From a virus (taxonomy: Duplodnaviria > Caudoviricetes): a stretch of 32,867 bases of DNA. Positions 1 to 7,823 of this stretch are shown piece by piece; within the stretch, counting starts at the first letter, position 1, and every line of letters begins with the position of its first letter. The notes under the pieces are model-generated. The model was not told where the DNA came from. It ran no database searches and worked only from the letters and a program-made list of their open reading frames with translations. Both the position numbers and the translations under genes were made by a program. The stretch is from the IMG/VR virus record IMGVR_UViG_3300032257_000076, positions 1 through 32,867 of that record, one strand, 5' to 3'.

Positions 1-10
1 AAGGATTATC

Positions 11-160
11 ATGTACGAAATAGAAAAACTAAACGGACGTTACATAGTATGGAGATTAGCAGGCAAACGGAAACTACGACAGGGAAGCTACTCAACGGAG
101 GACAAGGCACTAGAGCGAATCGAGCAGTCACGGGAACTTATGGGAGCAGATAATTATTAA
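11..160 (+). CDS. small hypothetical protein (49 aa, MYEIEKLNGRYIVWRL...)
   Basis: Hand-translated ORF, ATG 11 to TAA 160, preceded by an AAGGA RBS at 1-5; below the ORF-track size cutoff. Confidence 0.65.
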   Translation: MYEIEKLNGRYIVWRLAGKRKLRQGSYSTEDKALERIEQSRELMGADNY

Positions 161-184
161 ATGTAAAAGAATTTAACAAAAAGC

Positions 185-213
185 TTGACATTGTTAAATA
201 TTTGTACTATAAT
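185..213 (+). promoter_or_regulatory. consensus sigma70-family promoter TTGACA-N17-TATAAT
   Basis: TTGACA 185-190, 17-nt spacer, TATAAT 208-213; intergenic, about 30 nt upstream of ATG 244. Confidence 0.9.
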
Positions 214-243
214 TACTACATATAAAAAATAAAGGGTTCAAAA

Positions 244-423
244 ATGACAAACTTAGAAATGGAAGCTTACGGAAAACAACTTATCGAATGTGCTACAAGA
301 AACAACTTGGATATAAACGATATTAAAAATGTTGCAAATGTTTTATATAAAGAGCAATTAGCATTTACTGAATTATTAAACTCTGACAGTGGAAAAGAGA
401 TAGTTAAGTTCTTAGGAGCTTAA
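244..423 (+). CDS. small hypothetical early protein (59 aa, MTNLEMEAYGKQ...)
   Basis: Hand-translated ORF directly after the consensus promoter; RBS region AAAGGGTTCA at 231-240. Confidence 0.75.
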   Translation: MTNLEMEAYGKQLIECATRNNLDINDIKNVANVLYKEQLAFTELLNSDSGKEIVKFLGA

Positions 424-425
424 CT

Positions 426-647
426 ATGGAAAGAAAATTAATAGTGTCTTTGTATTATTTAAGCGATCAGCAATTTATAGAAATAGATGTTCCTAAAGAT
501 GGTGATATTTTAGACTTAGACTTTAATGGTAAATATTTAGTTCAGTGCAAACTAAACAAAGGTGCATTTATATTAACAGGAAATGGAATTGATGGTGGCG
601 GGAATTCACTAAGTAGTAATTTTTATGAAAATGCGATATTAGAATAA
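426..647 (+). CDS. hypothetical protein (73 aa)
   Basis: ORF track; GGAG RBS in the end of the previous gene; tight packing. Confidence 0.7.
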   Translation: MERKLIVSLYYLSDQQFIEIDVPKDGDILDLDFNGKYLVQCKLNKGAFILTGNGIDGGGNSLSSNFYENAILE

Positions 648-648
648 T

Positions 649-771
649 ATGCAGTTTAATAAAAAATTACTTTGTAAAATAGGTATTCATAAGTGGAGAT
701 ATAGTGGTGGACGAACTCACCCTTTAACTAATGGTAGATGGTGTTGTGTGAGATGCTGGGGATATTCATGA
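649..771 (+). CDS. small Cys/His (putative Zn-binding) phage protein, DUF1660-like (40 aa)
   Basis: MQFNKKLLCKIGIHKW...CCVRCWGYS: C-x2-G-x-H-K-W and C-x-R-C pattern; ATGA overlap with the next gene. Confidence 0.6.
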   Translation: MQFNKKLLCKIGIHKWRYSGGRTHPLTNGRWCCVRCWGYS

Positions 772-902
772 AACCAACTAACACAAACATAGCCCACTTC
801 TACGGCTTAACTCGCCAAACCATAGCCACATATAAGAAAGAAAAGCCTAGAACGTATGAAGCGTTAAAAAAGTATTTTATGGAGTGTACTAATGCCGTAT
901 GA
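768..902 (+). CDS. small helix-turn-helix (Cro-like) DNA-binding protein (44 aa)
   Basis: MKPTNTNIAHFYGLTRQTIATYKKEK...: IA-x-x-x-G-x-T-R-Q-T-I HTH pattern. Confidence 0.65.
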   Translation: MKPTNTNIAHFYGLTRQTIATYKKEKPRTYEALKKYFMECTNAV

Positions 903-930
903 GTTAAGTTAGTTTTTATAGTGGGTGGTA

Positions 931-936
931 TATACT
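931..936 (+). promoter_or_regulatory. -10 box (TATACT) for the antirepressor leader
   Basis: Predicted +1 at ~943 coincides with the first base of the long leader hairpin. Confidence 0.55.
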
Positions 937-942
937 GCCCTT

Positions 943-1071
943 ATAAGTTTTTAAAAAGTAGCAGTTTTCCGTCTAGGCTTCTGCTACGTTTTAAGGGCTT
1001 ATCTTCGGATGAGTAAAAAGCCTAGACAACTTCTTTACTTCCCTTAAAATTATCAGTCTGAAAGAAATGTT
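943..1071 (+). ncRNA. structured leader RNA copy 1 (C4/CI-like antisense/kissing-loop architecture)
   Basis: 22-position stem 943-964/981-1002 with one mismatch; second hairpin 1011-1040; loop GTCTAGG 971-977 complementary to loop CCTAGAC 1021-1027; same architecture at 30585-30719. Confidence 0.7.
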
Positions 1072-1734
1072 ATGAAACACATAGCAATCATAAAGCAAAA
1101 CATAGAAGGTGTTGAGATTAACTCAATTAGTGCTAAGGATTTACACAAGTATCTAGAAGTAAAAAAAGATTTTAGCGATTGGATTAAAACGCAGCTAGAA
1201 CTAGATAAGAGAACACAGTCTACTTTCAAAGAAGATGTTGACTATCTTAAAAACCCCTTAAAAGTTGGTAAGCAAATAGACTATATACTAACACTAGAGA
1301 CCGCAAAACATATAGCTATGATGTCAAAAGTAAAAAAAGGGCAAGAGGTAAGGCAATATTTTATAGATGTTGAAAAGGAATACAACAAAGAGTTAATTAA
1401 ATCCTTATCAGATCAACAACATAAGACACTAGCCTTATTCAATACACAAGAAGTTATGGGTGAAGTTATCACAGATCATGATAAGCGATTAAAGAACCTA
1501 GAAAACAATTCACGCCTGGAAGCATGGCAAGAGAAAAACCTGCAAGATGCGAAGAACCGTAAAGTGTATGAACTTGCAAACGGTAATGATAAATTAGCAA
1601 GCAAGCTCCACAGAAACGTATGGCGAGAGTTTAAGAAAGTGTTTCATCTTCCAAGATACAATGAAATCAGAGTAGGCAGATACGAAGACGGGCTTATGTG
1701 GCTTAATAGCGTGCAACTGCATGAGGTTGTTTAG
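1072..1734 (+). CDS. phage antirepressor, AntA/AntB N-terminal domain plus ORF6C-like C-terminal domain
   Basis: SAKDLHKYLEVKKDFSDWIK...DYILTLETAKHIAMM...GQEVRQYFIDVEK (AntA pattern); C-terminal VWREFKKVF...YNEI..GRYEDGLMWL (ORF6C-like). Confidence 0.85.
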   Translation: MKHIAIIKQNIEGVEINSISAKDLHKYLEVKKDFSDWIKTQLELDKRTQSTFKEDVDYLKNPLKVGKQIDYILTLETAKHIAMMSKVKKGQEVRQYFIDVEKEYNKELIKSLSDQQHKTLALFNTQEVMGEVITDHDKRLKNLENNSRLEAWQEKNLQDAKNRKVYELANGNDKLASKLHRNVWREFKKVFHLPRYNEIRVGRYEDGLMWLNSVQLHEVV

Positions 1735-1956
1735 ATGCTGTCAAATGAAGAATTTAAAGAAGAAATAAATAGAGTGCAAGGATTAAAAAATCAGATTTCA
1801 TCATATAAGACATATAACTATAGAGGTAGTGACTTGATTGATTTTATGGATGAAATGATAGAAGCTTTAAAAATGCTTCACGAAACAAGAACGGAGTTAG
1901 AAGAACTAAAGAAAAAGAAACATCATCAGCGAATAGTATACAAGGCAAGAAAATGA
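1735..1956 (+). CDS. hypothetical coiled-coil protein
   Basis: ORF track; abuts the previous stop; GAGG RBS. Confidence 0.65.
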   Translation: MLSNEEFKEEINRVQGLKNQISSYKTYNYRGSDLIDFMDEMIEALKMLHETRTELEELKKKKHHQRIVYKARK

Positions 1957-2138
1957 AAGTACAATACTCAATGCTAACAGGAATTATTTACGCAACAACA
2001 AAGAAAGATAAATATGACATTACGTCAGATGCAATAAATGCGGTTACCATAAAGATGATAGAAGGGTATGAACCTGATGGTTTTATAGAGTCAAAAATTG
2101 ATGGCAAAAAGTATCAGTTATGCTTGAAGGAATTATAA
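1953..2138 (+). CDS. hypothetical protein
   Basis: ORF track; ATGA overlap with the upstream gene. Confidence 0.65.
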   Translation: MKVQYSMLTGIIYATTKKDKYDITSDAINAVTIKMIEGYEPDGFIESKIDGKKYQLCLKEL

Positions 2139-2534
2139 ATGAAACCTGCACTAGAGTCAGAACAGATGCAAGTAATATTCTTTGAAGTAAAGACAGGGAA
2201 AAACCCTGTACCATACAAAAGGACTACACAAAAGCAGAAGTTTGTTGATACTGAATATAAAAAGTATTTAGAATACAAAAACTTAATCGTTGCAGAGTTC
2301 ACAAAGACTATGGGAAAACTGCCAAGCGGAATACTTAAAAAAGATAAAAAGTATTTTGTAGACGTGGTATGCTACTACAAAGATAAAACGCATGGCGATA
2401 CAGATAACGTAGCAAAAGGTGTTAATGATGCTTTATTTCAAAAACCATTAAGCGACAAGTACATAGCAGGGACTTATGATTATTACTATGATAAGGAAAA
2501 CCCTCGCCTATGTGTACGGATAAGGGATGAGTAG
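2139..2534 (+). CDS. rusA: RusA-family Holliday junction resolvase
   Basis: Catalytic motif D-x-D-N-x-x-K-x-x-x-D-A-L (GDTDNVAKGVNDALF), N-terminal PVP..R and C-terminal ENPR. Confidence 0.85.
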   Translation: MKPALESEQMQVIFFEVKTGKNPVPYKRTTQKQKFVDTEYKKYLEYKNLIVAEFTKTMGKLPSGILKKDKKYFVDVVCYYKDKTHGDTDNVAKGVNDALFQKPLSDKYIAGTYDYYYDKENPRLCVRIRDE

Positions 2535-2867
2535 ATGTATAAAATCCAACAAAAGAAATGCAAACTAAGAGACGACACACCTGTCCGCTTCAACAAAGCA
2601 GAATACCAAAGACGGCAAGAGATAATCTATTCAAAAGGATTATGCCAAGTGTGTGAAGAGTCTACCAACTTAGACGCTCCTCATCACGCGGTTGGAGGAA
2701 TAGGTACAAAGGACGACAGAACGCTTATTTGTATCTGCCAAGATTGTCACAGGCACATACACGCACAAGGCGGTTATAGTGCATTAAAGAAGACTAAAGC
2801 AGAGATCATAGCTATTGGATGGGCTAATAATGAGGAGATAGAAGATGAAAATATTGGTAGCATGTGA
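2535..2867 (+). CDS. HNH endonuclease-like protein
   Basis: CQVC...HH...LICICQDCHRHIH: Zn-binding CxxC pairs plus an HNH-type His pattern. Confidence 0.75.
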   Translation: MYKIQQKKCKLRDDTPVRFNKAEYQRRQEIIYSKGLCQVCEESTNLDAPHHAVGGIGTKDDRTLICICQDCHRHIHAQGGYSALKKTKAEIIAIGWANNEEIEDENIGSM

Positions 2868-3492
2868 AGAAAGCCAGGCGGTAACGATAGAGTTAAGAAA
2901 GTTAGGGCATGAGGCTTATAGTTGTGATTTACAAGAATGTAGCGGTGGCTATCCGGAATGGCATATACAAGGTGATGTTACTGAGCTATTAAAAGAGAAG
3001 TGGGATATGATTTTAGCTTTCCCTACTTGTACGTATTTAACAAATGCAGGGACAAGGCATTATAGTAGAAGGATTAACCCAGAATGGAAAGTTGTTGAGA
3101 GAGAGAAAAAACGAGAAGAGGCCGCTGAATTCTTTATGCTATTTGCAAATGCAGACTGTGATAAGATAGCTATTGAAAATCCAGTAGGATATATGAATAG
3201 TTCATACAGGAAACCAGACCAAATAATACATCCTTATTATTTTGGGGATAATTTTAAAAAAAGAACTTGTCTTTGGCTTAAAGGATTGCCAAAACTAGAG
3301 CATACTGATCTACTTGTAGAGCCTGAACCAATGTATATATGCCAGGGCGAACTATCAAAAGGAAAAAAAATAGGATGGTGTGAGGGCATAAAAGGAACGA
3401 GTGGAGGGCAAGAAGGAAGGGCAAAAGCAAGAAGCAAAACGTTTCCAGGAATAGCAAAAGCAATGGCTGAACAATGGGCAGGAAAAGCATAG
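2845..3492 (+). CDS. short phage DNA cytosine-5 methyltransferase-like protein
   Basis: MKILVACEES (SAM-binding start), AFPTCT (motif IV-like Cys), IAIENPV (motif VI), KRTCLWL (motif VIII-like), RSKTFPGIAKAMAEQW. Confidence 0.75.
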   Translation: MKILVACEESQAVTIELRKLGHEAYSCDLQECSGGYPEWHIQGDVTELLKEKWDMILAFPTCTYLTNAGTRHYSRRINPEWKVVEREKKREEAAEFFMLFANADCDKIAIENPVGYMNSSYRKPDQIIHPYYFGDNFKKRTCLWLKGLPKLEHTDLLVEPEPMYICQGELSKGKKIGWCEGIKGTSGGQEGRAKARSKTFPGIAKAMAEQWAGKA

Positions 3493-3713
3493 TGATAACC
3501 GATAAAACATGGAAATTCTACTGGTGTCACGTCCACCTAATACAGCAGCTAACAAAAACCGAACTACATAAGTACGCAGAGCTTATATCACTAAGCAATC
3601 TGCCTTCCACGCCAAACAGTAAAATCCTAAAAGCAATATCCATAAGACAAGACGAACTACGCAGCAACACACACGATGCTTTAGCCGTATCTTCAAGTAT
3701 ATCTATAGACTAA
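3492..3713 (+). CDS. hypothetical protein (probable GTG start at 3492)
   Basis: ORF track 3474-3713; an in-frame GTG overlaps the upstream stop and follows an AGGA. Confidence 0.55.
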   Translation: MITDKTWKFYWCHVHLIQQLTKTELHKYAELISLSNLPSTPNSKILKAISIRQDELRSNTHDALAVSSSISID

Positions 3714-3720
3714 GTATATA

Positions 3721-3754
3721 TTAAGATATATATTAGTATCATTGTATATCTTAA
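3721..3754 (+). promoter_or_regulatory. promoter (-10 TATCAT 3737-3742) flanked by a perfect 10-bp inverted repeat TTAAGATATA/TATATCTTAA (putative operator)
   Basis: Arms 3721-3730 and 3745-3754; intergenic, upstream of the recombination operon. Confidence 0.6.
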
Positions 3755-3770
3755 AAAAAAGAGGTTCAAA

Positions 3771-4103
3771 ATGTATTACACACACACAAGATACAAAGTA
3801 ATGGAAGGCGAGCCACACTTAGGCTACATCACAGAGTCAGAACTAATCGAAGCAGATGGCGAAGCTGAAGCACTTTGGCTTACTGAAGTGGTAGACAATC
3901 AATGTCCTTCACGATACTTTTCAGCTATTGACTGGGTATCAGAAGATCAAATCCATTTAGACATAACGGACTACATCGGTGAAAAAAACTACACAAGCTT
4001 TGAAGGCATCATCTATAACATGGATGAAGACGAATCGTTTAGCATGGTACGTGCAGACAGTATGTTAAAAGCGTGTATTGCGCACAATAAAAGGAAAAGA
4101 TAA
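3771..4103 (+). CDS. hypothetical acidic protein, first gene of the recombination operon
   Basis: ORF track; RBS region AAAAGAGGTTCAAA. Confidence 0.75.
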   Translation: MYYTHTRYKVMEGEPHLGYITESELIEADGEAEALWLTEVVDNQCPSRYFSAIDWVSEDQIHLDITDYIGEKNYTSFEGIIYNMDEDESFSMVRADSMLKACIAHNKRKR

Positions 4104-4717
4104 TGAAAGAGTTATTAAAAGCTAAAAGTGAATTCAGAAAAAAAGGAGTTGTACTTGTTGCCGATAAGCAGAAAAGCGGAGGCGGTGGAAGTTGGAAATT
4201 TGCAGGCGAAGATAATCTAATCAGAACCATACAAGAGCCTCTAACGGAATGTGGGCTTGAATTGATAGTTACTATGGAGTATCTAAAAGAACTTGGCACA
4301 GACACTATTAAGGCCACTCTGTTTCATATTGATAGCGGTCAGAATATCTCAACTCAAATATCAATGCCACCAGTTGAGCCAAGAGTTGATAAGAACGGAA
4401 ACAAGATGTATTTAGATGCAGAGATCGAAAGAGGTAAGCAGTTCGGCTATTGGAGCAGAATGTTATCTATCCGTATCTTAGGACTAAGCGACATTGACCC
4501 AGAAGACATGCGGAACGCGCCACAAGACATTACAGACGAAGCAAAAGACGAAGCCATTGCGCGGCTTGAAGTCCTTATCAATGCTTCAACTAAAAAAGAT
4601 GAGACTATCGCATGGATAAATAAAAGATACGCTACAGACGATTATAAAAAAATCAAGGTGCAACAAGCACATGAAGCATGTAATATGTTAGCGAGCAAAC
4701 AAAATGCGAATAGTTAA
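4103..4717 (+). CDS. ERF-family ssDNA annealing protein (divergent)
   Basis: PLTECGL...LFHIDSGQ...GKQFGYWSRMLSIRILGLSDIDPED resembles the ERF motif GS..TY.RRY.L....GI...DDD; adjacent to an exonuclease. Confidence 0.65.
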   Translation: MKELLKAKSEFRKKGVVLVADKQKSGGGGSWKFAGEDNLIRTIQEPLTECGLELIVTMEYLKELGTDTIKATLFHIDSGQNISTQISMPPVEPRVDKNGNKMYLDAEIERGKQFGYWSRMLSIRILGLSDIDPEDMRNAPQDITDEAKDEAIARLEVLINASTKKDETIAWINKRYATDDYKKIKVQQAHEACNMLASKQNANS

Positions 4718-5318
4718 CATTGAGCAAGGTTCTGACGCTTGGTTACAAACTAGGAAGGGCTTAGTGACAGGCTCACGGTTTAAAGACGTTATTACTCCTG
4801 CAAAAGGTGAACTGTCCAAATCAAGCAAGAGTTACATGTATGAACTGGTAGCCGAAAGAATGGGAGCTACTGTAAATTTTTATCAGAACGAACACATGCA
4901 ACGTGGTAACGAATTAGAGCCTGATGCACGTACAGCTTATGAGTTTGTGAAGGATGCGGTAGTTGAACAGGTTGGCATCTGTATACACGATAACGGTATG
5001 GTAGGCGTTAGCCCTGATGGGTTGGTAGGTGAAGATGGTGGCCTAGAGATTAAATGCCCGAAAGAAACAACGCATATATCATACTTAGAAAGTGGAGATA
5101 TGCCTTTAATATACAAGCCACAAGTTCAAGGCTGTATGTGGGTTACTGGTAGAAAATGGTGGGATTTCATGAGCTATCACCCTGATTTACCGCCTTTGAT
5201 TGTAAGAGTATTTAGAGATGAAGATTATATCAGTTCGATGGAAGCTGGGATAACAAAATTTGCTGAAGATGTTCTTGATCTTGAAAAAAGACTTGTTAAA
5301 AAGTACATAGGAGATTAA
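4704..5318 (+). CDS. YqaJ / lambda-exonuclease family recombination nuclease
   Basis: QGSDAWLQTRKGLVTGS, RGNELEPDAR, SPDGL, LEIKCP, QVQGCMWVTG. Confidence 0.92.
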   Translation: MRIVNIEQGSDAWLQTRKGLVTGSRFKDVITPAKGELSKSSKSYMYELVAERMGATVNFYQNEHMQRGNELEPDARTAYEFVKDAVVEQVGICIHDNGMVGVSPDGLVGEDGGLEIKCPKETTHISYLESGDMPLIYKPQVQGCMWVTGRKWWDFMSYHPDLPPLIVRVFRDEDYISSMEAGITKFAEDVLDLEKRLVKKYIGD

Positions 5319-5320
5319 TC

Positions 5321-5407
5321 ATGGAATCCTTAATCGGAACACTAATCATCATTCTAACAGGATGGGGGATGACAGGCGATGTCACAACGGACGACTCAGC
5401 AGAATAA
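5321..5407 (+). CDS. putative small membrane peptide (28 aa)
   Basis: AGGAG RBS; MESLIGTLIIILTGWG hydrophobic N-terminus. Confidence 0.4.
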   Translation: MESLIGTLIIILTGWGMTGDVTTDDSAE

Positions 5408-5672
5408 ACTGTACCACGAACTAGCAGGAAAGCTTCACAAGCAGAGAAAAGTTATTGTTTATGATGGCAGGTTCGGGCACAGAAACCCTGTAGTGTTTAT
5501 GCCGTGTGTGTTTAGCTACGATGAGTTCCGGGTATGGATGGCTGAGTTAGACTTGGACTATCCAAGAGACGAAGAAGGCAAGCCAATATCAAGCACTAAG
5601 TTAGATATTGACCAAATGACAAGCCACATATTCTTTTTAAAAGTCTTATGTGATGAAATAATAGGAGAATAA
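5379..5672 (+). CDS. NinB-like protein
   Basis: RTTQQNKLYH and SSTKLDIDQMTSHI resemble NinB RS..QN and STS.M...EM...I motifs; recombination-operon context. Confidence 0.55.
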   Translation: MSQRTTQQNKLYHELAGKLHKQRKVIVYDGRFGHRNPVVFMPCVFSYDEFRVWMAELDLDYPRDEEGKPISSTKLDIDQMTSHIFFLKVLCDEIIGE

Positions 5673-5674
5673 AA

Positions 5675-6184
5675 ATGTTCAATAAAGTAGTTTTAGTCGG
5701 AAATCTAACTAGAGATATTGAGTTGCGTTATGCAAGCAGTGGTTCAGCTATTGCAAATACAGCTATTGCAACAAGCCGTAAGTTCACACAGAGTGGAGAG
5801 CGTAAAGAGGAAGTGTGCTTTATTGACATTACTTTCTTTGGAAAGTCAGCAGAGATAGCAAACCAGTACCTACGCAAAGGATCAAAGATTTTAGTCGAAG
5901 GCCGTATCAAGTTCGATCAATGGCAAGCGCAGGATGGAAGCAAGCGAAGTAAGCACAGCGTAATAGTCGAGACCATGCAGATGCTAGACAGTAAGCAGGG
6001 TAATGAGAATAGAGGCAATGGAGAAAACAACTATCAGGACGATGGAAGTTATGACCCTAACCCAAAAAGCGGACAGCAAAGCCACACCGACTACCAAACA
6101 CAGCAGGGCTACGGAAATCAAAATAAGCAGATGCCGCCGCAGCAGTCAAGCATTGACATCGACGAGGACGAGATACCCTTCTAA
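5675..6184 (+). CDS. ssb: single-stranded DNA-binding protein
   Basis: MFNKVVLVGNLTRDIELRY...YLRKGSKILVEGR OB fold; acidic tail IDIDEDEIPF in Campylobacterota style. Confidence 0.97.
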   Translation: MFNKVVLVGNLTRDIELRYASSGSAIANTAIATSRKFTQSGERKEEVCFIDITFFGKSAEIANQYLRKGSKILVEGRIKFDQWQAQDGSKRSKHSVIVETMQMLDSKQGNENRGNGENNYQDDGSYDPNPKSGQQSHTDYQTQQGYGNQNKQMPPQQSSIDIDEDEIPF

Positions 6185-6265
6185 CTGGGGTTATCCATGC
6201 TCCAGTAAAGGTTGTAGCGCACACTGCAATATATGTGATAGAAGCAAAAGATACAAGGAAACTAA

Positions 6266-6430
6266 ATGAAAGTAGATGAAAGAGTAACAGGCTTTTCTTT
6301 AAACGTAAAAAAGGATAAAATAAGGGCTATGAAGAAAATAGCCAAAGCAAAAAGCACAACGGTATCAGATATGCTTAGAGCATACATGGACAGAGCAATC
6401 AAGGCAAACGATAAATACTTGGAGGACTAG
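6266..6430 (+). CDS. ribbon-helix-helix (CopG/Arc-like) DNA-binding protein (54 aa)
   Basis: Hand-translated MKVDERVTGFSLNVKKDKIRAMKKIAKAKSTTVSDMLRAYMDRAI: beta-strand, helix, SxSxxxR-like second helix; AAGGA RBS. Confidence 0.75.
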   Translation: MKVDERVTGFSLNVKKDKIRAMKKIAKAKSTTVSDMLRAYMDRAIKANDKYLED

Positions 6431-6550
6431 ATGTATTATGCAGTAATACTTTTACTATGTGTGGCATGGTATTGTTTAATCACGAGCGAGATCAAGTACC
6501 GGAAGCGACAAAAGAAACATAATCGAGGGGAGTTTTTAAAATGGCTATAA
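6431..6550 (+). CDS. small single-TM protein (39 aa)
   Basis: GGAGG RBS; MYYAVILLLCVAWYCLI followed by a basic tail. Confidence 0.55.
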   Translation: MYYAVILLLCVAWYCLITSEIKYRKRQKKHNRGEFLKWL

Positions 6551-6909
6551 GAGAGATTAAATTTAGAGCATGGGGATACCATGATGCAGATTTTGACTAT
6601 AATGGGGAAGTTGTGCTTGGTAAAAAATCTATGCTTTTTGATATTGGAATAATTAATGGGCTAGATGAAATGGCTTATGAACCAAGCAAACATATTTATA
6701 TGCAATACACAGGACTTAAAGACAAGAACGGTGTTGAGATTTATGAGGGGGATATAGTAAGGTTTTTGGAAATAGATGGAGTTGACAGCGTTACAGAAGT
6801 CGAGTTTAGGGAAGGTGGGTTTTATCCGTTCGCCCCAGATTTTATACATTGGGGCAATGTTGAAGTAATCGGAAACATATACGAAAATAAAGAGTTACTA
6901 GAGCGATGA
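6541..6909 (+). CDS. YopX family protein
   Basis: REIKFRAW, MQYTGLKDKNGVEIYEGDIV, EVIGNIYENKELL. Confidence 0.93.
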   Translation: MAIREIKFRAWGYHDADFDYNGEVVLGKKSMLFDIGIINGLDEMAYEPSKHIYMQYTGLKDKNGVEIYEGDIVRFLEIDGVDSVTEVEFREGGFYPFAPDFIHWGNVEVIGNIYENKELLER

Positions 6910-7121
6910 GCCGATACCTACCCGACCTAACAAAAGCTGAACTAACAGCACTACACGGCTTTCTAAAAGGACGGGCACGAGTAACTGAGGAGGAGGTGGA
7001 TAACTTTATGAGGGAGAACTACGAAAAGTTTGGACTGTTTGAGAACTGCATAGCGCACGTTACTCAGAAGGACTTAATCATTAAACGACCTATAGGATGG
7101 GCAAATGAAGATAAGCAGTAG
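6906..7121 (+). CDS. hypothetical protein
   Basis: ORF track; ATGA overlap. Confidence 0.65.
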   Translation: MSRYLPDLTKAELTALHGFLKGRARVTEEEVDNFMRENYEKFGLFENCIAHVTQKDLIIKRPIGWANEDKQ

Positions 7122-7200
7122 AGGCTATATTTTTATAGCAGGCGTAGTATTTACAGTTGCCTTCTGGGGCGTAGTTTTAAATCAAATATTAAAAGGATAG
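7105..7200 (+). CDS. small single-TM peptide (31 aa)
   Basis: AGGA RBS; MKISSRGYIFIAGVVFTVAFWGVVLNQILKG fills the gap before the OMP gene. Confidence 0.5.
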   Translation: MKISSRGYIFIAGVVFTVAFWGVVLNQILKG

Positions 7201-7203
7201 ACA

Positions 7204-7746
7204 ATGAAAAAAATTATTTTAGCAATCATGTTGAGTGTATCAGCACTTATGGCAGACGGTGTAGTAGTAGGAGCAGAATTGCTTTACGGAAAAGTTGACT
7301 CAGACCTTACAGCTTCAGCAGGTGGAGCATCAGCTTCAGTAAGTGATGATACCAAGACAGTTGCATTCTCAGCTAAAGCCGGCTATCAGTTCGATGCTGT
7401 ACGTGTAATGGGTGTACTCACTTCAGAGAAGTACAAAGATGACATGATGGTAGACAACGAGGGCAGCCTAGTATCACTTGGTGTAGAAGCCGACTATCTA
7501 ATCAATAACTTGTTTATCGGAGCTGTAGCAGCTAAAGGGCAAAAAGACTTTGATGGTACTGATATTGATTTTGTAGACTATGGAGCGAGAGTGGGTGGTA
7601 TCTTTGAACTTGGAACAGATGTGAACCTTGAAGCAGGTATACAGTACAAAGTGAGAGACTACGACAACTACAACTACATGGGCGTTGATCTTAAACTTGA
7701 CGATAAGATTGTAGGCGTATTTGTGGGTGTTTCGTTCAATTTATGA
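7204..7746 (+). CDS. outer-membrane beta-barrel protein (approx. 8 strands, OmpA/OmpX/Lom-like size)
   Basis: Sec signal MKKIILAIMLSVSALMA; alternating amphipathic strands (KAGYQF, LGVEADY, YGARVGG, LEAGIQY); C-terminal VFVGVSFNL beta-signal-like end. Confidence 0.85.
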   Translation: MKKIILAIMLSVSALMADGVVVGAELLYGKVDSDLTASAGGASASVSDDTKTVAFSAKAGYQFDAVRVMGVLTSEKYKDDMMVDNEGSLVSLGVEADYLINNLFIGAVAAKGQKDFDGTDIDFVDYGARVGGIFELGTDVNLEAGIQYKVRDYDNYNYMGVDLKLDDKIVGVFVGVSFNL

Positions 7747-7752
7747 TATAAT
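7744..7752 (+). promoter_or_regulatory. extended -10 promoter TGATATAAT
   Basis: TGnTATAAT overlapping the OMP stop codon, upstream of the 7824/terminase unit. Confidence 0.65.
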
Positions 7753-7764
7753 ATACGCCTAACC

Positions 7765-7808
7765 TTGATTTATAGAGCCTCATAACGTGTGGGGTTCTAG
7801 TAAGTCAA
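7765..7808 (+). other. long intergenic hairpin without U-tract (possible RNase III / stability element)
   Basis: TTGATTTA-TAGAGCCTCATA / TGTGGGGTTCTA-G-TAAGTCAA, about 20 bp with G-U pairs and one bulge. Confidence 0.6.
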
Positions 7809-7823
7809 TAAGAAAGGGTTCAC

